The position numbers and the translations under genes were made by a program. From Enterobacteria phage GEC-3S, in sequence record HE978309: a DNA stretch of 64,000 nucleotides. The stretch is one strand, 5' to 3'. This document shows positions 61,885 to 64,000 of the stretch, one piece after another; position 1 is the stretch's first letter; every line of letters begins with the position of its first letter. The notes beneath the pieces were generated by a model that saw only the letters and a program-made list of their open reading frames with translations, searched no databases and was not told where the DNA came from.

Positions 61885-62097
61885 TTAATTTTTACCCACT
61901 CGTGCATTAATGCGCATTTTCTGCATAGCCATGATCTGGTTTACTGCTTCTTCTTTACGTTCTTGCGTGATAACGTGACCAGATTCCGCAAACTCTCCAG
62001 CAACTTCTTCTACGATCTCGCGAACTTGAGAACGTCCAAAGATGCGGTTTCCTTCGTAGCTCATAAATTCAGTCACTACTTGCTCAATAGATTTCAT
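61885..62097 (-). CDS. Hypothetical small protein (70 aa)
   Basis: ORF with GGAGAATCACATG RBS. Confidence 0.5.
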   Translation of the reverse strand: MKSIEQVVTEFMSYEGNRIFGRSQVREIVEEVAGEFAESGHVITQERKEEAVNQIMAMQKMRINARVGKN

Positions 62098-62129
62098 GTG
62101 ATTCTCCTTCTTTCGTTTCGGTGTGGTAG

Positions 62130-62160
62130 TATGTTAATACTCCCATTTCTTTACGTCAAC
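62130..62160 (-). promoter_or_regulatory. Weak sigma70-like promoter (TTGACG -35, poor -10)
   Basis: -35 TTGACG with conserved leader CCGAAACGAA; -10 hexamer not clearly matched. Confidence 0.3.
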
Positions 62161-62166
62161 CAGTTT

Positions 62167-62409
62167 TTAGAAATTTTTCGCTTCTTCTTCGGTCATCATC
62201 ACCGCGCATTCGTGCATAACTTTGAAAACCGGGTCAATCATATCGAATGCTTCGCGGGACAGTTTACGAGAAGCGATTTTGACTGCTTCAACGTCTTCTA
62301 CTACAGGAACAAAAACAGTTTTCAGTTCGTCGAGCATGGCAGCTTCTTTTTCATTCAGGAAGATTCCAGCGTCGTACAATGCAACTTCGATAACATTAAC
62401 TTTAACCAT
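62167..62409 (-). CDS. Hypothetical small protein (80 aa)
   Basis: Internal ATG at 62409 downstream of promoter; ORF-track ORF (to 62472) would overlap the promoter. Confidence 0.5.
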   Translation of the reverse strand: MVKVNVIEVALYDAGIFLNEKEAAMLDELKTVFVPVVEDVEAVKIASRKLSREAFDMIDPVFKVMHECAVMMTEEEAKNF

Positions 62410-62443
62410 TTTTATTTCCTCCAGTTCGTTTCGGTATGGGAGT

Positions 62444-62473
62444 ATAATACTACCGATGACCTTTGGCGTCAAC
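62444..62473 (-). promoter_or_regulatory. Sigma70-like early promoter
   Basis: TTGACG - 17 nt - TATTAT with conserved leader and GGAGGAA RBS. Confidence 0.45.
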
Positions 62474-62673
62474 TAGTTTTTGTTATTTTCGTGAAAATTT
62501 TTCGTCGCCTCATGTGCTTTTCTCTGGGCTTCTTGTTGTGCTTGCTGGCGTGCTGCCTCTTGCGATGTCATAACGGAAGCATTTGCAGCAGTTACAGCCG
62601 CGACCATCGCTGCGGTATTAGCATTTACAGTACATGCACTAGCCAGCAAAGCAATTGCAATCATTTTCTTCAT
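62473..62673 (-). CDS. Small secreted protein (66 aa, signal peptide)
   Basis: MKKMIAIALLASACTVNA signal-peptide-like N-terminus; ATGA coupling. Confidence 0.45.
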   Translation of the reverse strand: MKKMIAIALLASACTVNANTAAMVAAVTAANASVMTSQEAARQQAQQEAQRKAHEATKNFHENNKN

Positions 62674-62840
62674 AGTTTCCCCTTTAGGTTATCTTCGACC
62701 TTCATCCATTCCGCGTATTCTTGCGCGGCTACTTTCGGATTTAGTCCGTCTTCGTACATTGCTTCAAGTAATTCTTCGTCGGTGGGCTTATACCCTAGAT
62801 AAGCCTCCACCTGATTTTTCCAAATTTTATACCAGTTCAT
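62670..62840 (-). CDS. Hypothetical small protein (56 aa; alternative start 62909)
   Basis: Internal ATG at 62840 avoids 65-nt overlap with upstream gene; RBS weak, start uncertain. Confidence 0.35.
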   Translation of the reverse strand: MNWYKIWKNQVEAYLGYKPTDEELLEAMYEDGLNPKVAAQEYAEWMKVEDNLKGKL

Positions 62841-62844
62841 ATTA

Positions 62845-63117
62845 TCACCAGTCAAGAGCGCGTGTCTCTGCGTCTTCCCATGCTTGATCCATAACAGCCT
62901 TGAAAACATATTCTAAAGTATCATCTTTAGAGAATCCGAAGACCTTAGACGGGATATCTTCAATTGCTACTCCCGCAACTTCTGCATTACGCGCTTGGCA
63001 ATAATGCAACTCTAAGTTATCGAGATAGCGACCGCCTAATTTCTCCATATCATCCCAGCATTTCCAGTAACCTACTTTATCTGCAATTGCTAACACTTTG
63101 CTGTTTTTGTTGCTCAT
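62845..63117 (-). CDS. Hypothetical protein (90 aa)
   Basis: Internal ATG at 63117 with GGAGAATCAAAG RBS directly downstream of promoter. Confidence 0.5.
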   Translation of the reverse strand: MSNKNSKVLAIADKVGYWKCWDDMEKLGGRYLDNLELHYCQARNAEVAGVAIEDIPSKVFGFSKDDTLEYVFKAVMDQAWEDAETRALDW

Positions 63118-63148
63118 CTTTGATTCTCCTTTTGTTTGGTATGGGTGT

Positions 63149-63178
63149 ATTATGCAATGCTGGATTTGTGAAGTCAAC
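63149..63178 (-). promoter_or_regulatory. Sigma70-like early promoter
   Basis: TTGACT - 17 nt - CATAAT. Confidence 0.5.
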
Positions 63179-63197
63179 AACTTTTTAAAATAAAAAA

Positions 63198-63222
63198 AGC
63201 CGACCACAAGGATCGGCTTAAT
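63198..63222 (-). terminator. Hairpin terminator after 63229..63624
   Basis: A-run then AGCCGA-CCACAAGGA-TCGGCT on plus strand. Confidence 0.5.
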
Positions 63223-63228
63223 AATCAG

Positions 63229-63624
63229 TTACTTACTAAATTTCTTTTTGGCTTCGTCTACTGCATGAGATGCCAGTACCGCAGCCGCATGTGCACTTTT
63301 ATCTGTGTTGCAGAGAACACCCAGATAAACATCACGCCAAAGTTTAATCATCTCGTAGATCATATCAATATCATTTTCTTGTTTGTTGGCGATGCTATTC
63401 GTCGTTATCTGGTAAGGCAACGGCTTGATCTGTACTGGTTCCGCCATCGGGCTAATCGGTTTCGGATCAGTCATAATAGGTGCTGTTGTGGGCGGTGTTT
63501 TCCATACGCCATTATTCCACGGTTTAATTGTTGTATCGTAAAGTTTATAAGGGTTTTTGTCTGGGTCAACCATCCATGCATGATGAGTACCCAAACCATT
63601 TGAAGTGATGCGTCGTTCAGTCAT
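63229..63624 (-). CDS. Hypothetical protein (131 aa)
   Basis: ORF; no recognised domain. Confidence 0.5.
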   Translation of the reverse strand: MTERRITSNGLGTHHAWMVDPDKNPYKLYDTTIKPWNNGVWKTPPTTAPIMTDPKPISPMAEPVQIKPLPYQITTNSIANKQENDIDMIYEMIKLWRDVYLGVLCNTDKSAHAAAVLASHAVDEAKKKFSK

Positions 63625-63639
63625 AATTTATTTCCCCTC

Positions 63640-63831
63640 TTAAAATTCTTTCATCAAGCTATCGATCTTTGCTCTGTGTTCTGGCGTGTTTGTCATCTCT
63701 GCTAATTTGCTCAGAGATTCACTGGTGATCCGGTTGGATTCTTCCAGTGTTTCAACGACCATTGGCACAATCTTTTTATTGTTGTACAGAAATGCAATAT
63801 AACCGCCTTCTGGATATTCTTTCATAATCAA
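63640..63831 (-). CDS. Hypothetical small protein (63 aa; TTG start in ORF track, ATG 2 codons in)
   Basis: ORF; start uncertain. Confidence 0.4.
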   Translation of the reverse strand: MIMKEYPEGGYIAFLYNNKKIVPMVVETLEESNRITSESLSKLAEMTNTPEHRAKIDSLMKEF

Positions 63832-64000
63832 CCCTTCTTAAGTTCTTTAAGATCTTTCTTATATTCCTTCATTGCGGTCGTCTTTGTCCAATACTCATAT
63901 TCACTATGATGTTTATCGGCATCTTTGACCAGTCGATCATACTCTTCTTGAGTAACGCTATACAATGGCATAGAAACTAGCTTATCGGCGTATGAACGTA

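Noticed and set aside
1-64000. tRNA, rRNA, integrase or attachment-site features
   Set aside because: No cloverleaf-compatible sequence (T-arm GTTC...GAAC-type) or rRNA-like region was recognised by eye, and no integrase or recombinase ORF; consistent with a lytic T4-like genome. A tRNAscan run would be needed to exclude tRNAs formally.

Overview
This window is a segment of a T4-like (Tevenvirinae/Straboviridae-type) myovirus genome, syntenic with T4 but divergent in sequence (roughly 50-65% amino-acid identity by eye for recognisable homologs; no alignment was run). From left to right: the 3' end of gene 23, gene 24, a minus-strand accessory cluster (DprA-like, hoc), uvsW/uvsW.1, uvsY, and the baseplate/tail-tube genes 25-26 (minus) and 51-27-28-29-48-54 (plus). 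Then comes a long minus-strand early region: alt plus an Alt-like paralog, a hyperplastic array of about 25 small genes (19.4-27.2 kb), HNH endonuclease, DNA ligase (30), NADAR-like, gp31, cd, pseT, a spanin pair, rnlA, GIY-YIG, nrdB, nrdA, td, frd, a Zn-ribbon/T5orf172 protein, 32, 59, 33, dsbA, a CYTH-like protein and rnh. The plus-strand long-tail-fibre genes 34-35-36-37 and holin t follow, then another minus-strand cluster of small early genes. No rRNA, tRNA, CRISPR array or integrase was recognised. The most interesting content is in the accessory regions: (1) the promoter-per-gene small-ORF array between alt and gene 30, which contains a six-member paralog family with an HxHW motif and near-identical duplicated cassettes; (2) a tightly coupled five-gene operon encoding a compact Dcm-like C5-methyltransferase, a Zn-ribbon protein and a DUF262/ParB-like protein; (3) recurring sigma70-type promoters with a GC-clamped palindrome in or next to the spacer; (4) candidate counter-defence genes (two R-S-E ADP-ribosyltransferases, NADAR-like, CYTH-like, DUF2829/Tad2-like). 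All domain calls are from motif recognition by eye and need HMM or structure confirmation. Coordinates of features not in the ORF track (promoters, terminators, sub-60-aa genes) may be off by 1-3 nt.
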